This document shows positions 35,224 to 36,199 of a stretch of 36,199 bases of DNA, piece by piece. Numbering within the stretch: position 1 is the first letter of the stretch; each line of letters opens with the position of its first letter. Below the pieces are notes generated by a model, which saw nothing but the letters and a program-made list of their open reading frames with translations, was not told the DNA's origin and did not search any database. This DNA is from Tubiluchus corallicola (taxonomy: Eukaryota; Animalia; Priapulida), in assembly GCA_030141605.1 (NCBI GenBank), contig JAQGDQ010001526.1, positions 1 to 36,199 on the forward strand. Reading direction: 5' to 3'. The translations under genes and the position numbers were made by a program.

Positions 35224-36199
35224 GTTATTATTATTAATATTATTATTATTATTATCATCATCATCATTAGTATTATTATTTTTATTATTATTATCAACTT
35301 TTCTTACTAGAATCTCTCATTATTGTCAAGCCAAAGACACTAGGTTCTGTCAATTAAAAAGCAAATTGTCGCAATTAAATATCTATATTTTACAATATAG
35401 TAATAGCGAACTGCTGTCATTGTATTTTAGTGAAGGTGATGAATTTTAATGCTGACTGTGAAGTCTTTAATTGTTTTCAAAATTACATTAGGAGAACAAA
35501 ACGTTTTGAGACAGATGTTGTTATTATTTATTTGTTATATTATTCATTGTGTCACATTTTCGAAATTGGTATAACTTTGTTGATACGTATTTGTATATGC
35601 ACAGTGCATATCTGTTTGTGTTTGAATGTATTTAAACTACCTTATTTTATCTGCACTCCTACTTGTACATACACTTGCACAGTGAGGATACATATATAAA
35701 TATATATATATCGGTTATAAAAGCCACCAAATCAGAACTAAATAAACTATATTTAAACTAAACTTTTCTTTAGTTTAGGCAAAAATTCTTGGGGATAAAA
35801 TAAGCTATCAAATATTTATGCACTTATATAACAGTTTAATAAAACCAATCACACTACATGGTTCAGAGTGTTGGTCTCCATTTTCCTTTAATAGCAGGAA
35901 AAAAATCCTGAAATTACAATTTAATGGGTATATATATATATATATATATATATGATGATTTACCGATGGTTCGAATTACTTGACATAAAGTCATGTAAGT
36001 TCATTCTTGGTATCAATAAATTTTCTGTTAATTGTGTGGTGAGGGGGGAGAGTTGAACCATTTCCCTCTATACACAGATGTGTGATTAGGACAATAAAAT
36101 AAAGGACAATACTTAACTCTCCACAAAATATATTGATATACAAAACCTAGGAAAAAATCTCCTTAAAACGCCAAAAGGAATATTCTTTTTACACATAAT

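Noticed and set aside
35156-35449. Poly-Leu ORF resembling a membrane segment
   Set aside because: It is a translation of the (TTA)n microsatellite.
32907-36199. Remaining tectonin exons and stop codon
   Set aside because: No convincing phase-1 exon with Trp-containing repeats was found; the gene probably continues beyond the window.

Overview
This is AT-rich, intron-containing metazoan (probably invertebrate) genomic DNA, not prokaryotic. There are three genes. (1) The last six coding exons of an importin-7 gene (+, 473-10585; all splice phases join in frame). (2) An 11-finger C2H2 zinc-finger ORF built from near-identical 84-bp units (-, 14913-15839), converging on importin-7. (3) The 5' part of a spliced gene for a predicted secreted protein: signal peptide, LRRs, LRRCT, a short linker exon with a KR motif, then tectonin/tachylectin-type beta-propeller repeats (+, 26702 to beyond 32906). 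Between them is a diverged tandem segmental duplication (11368-20327 vs 20684-25464); only the first copy holds the ZNF ORF, and each copy shows the empty site for insertions in the other. The rest is dense with non-autonomous elements: a 5S-rRNA-headed SINE with an RTE-like body and tail, an internally deleted RTE, CR1/L2-group LINE fragments, and pogo/Tigger, hAT, MULE-like and Kolobok-like MITEs. There are also four minisatellites and two fold-back structures. The most interesting items are the LRR-tectonin fusion, the PRDM9-style ZNF minisatellite with an AP-1-motif array right after its stop codon, the 5S/RTE SINE, and a 66-bp repeat that multiplies an importin-7 splice acceptor. Family assignments come from recognising motifs by eye, not from database searches.
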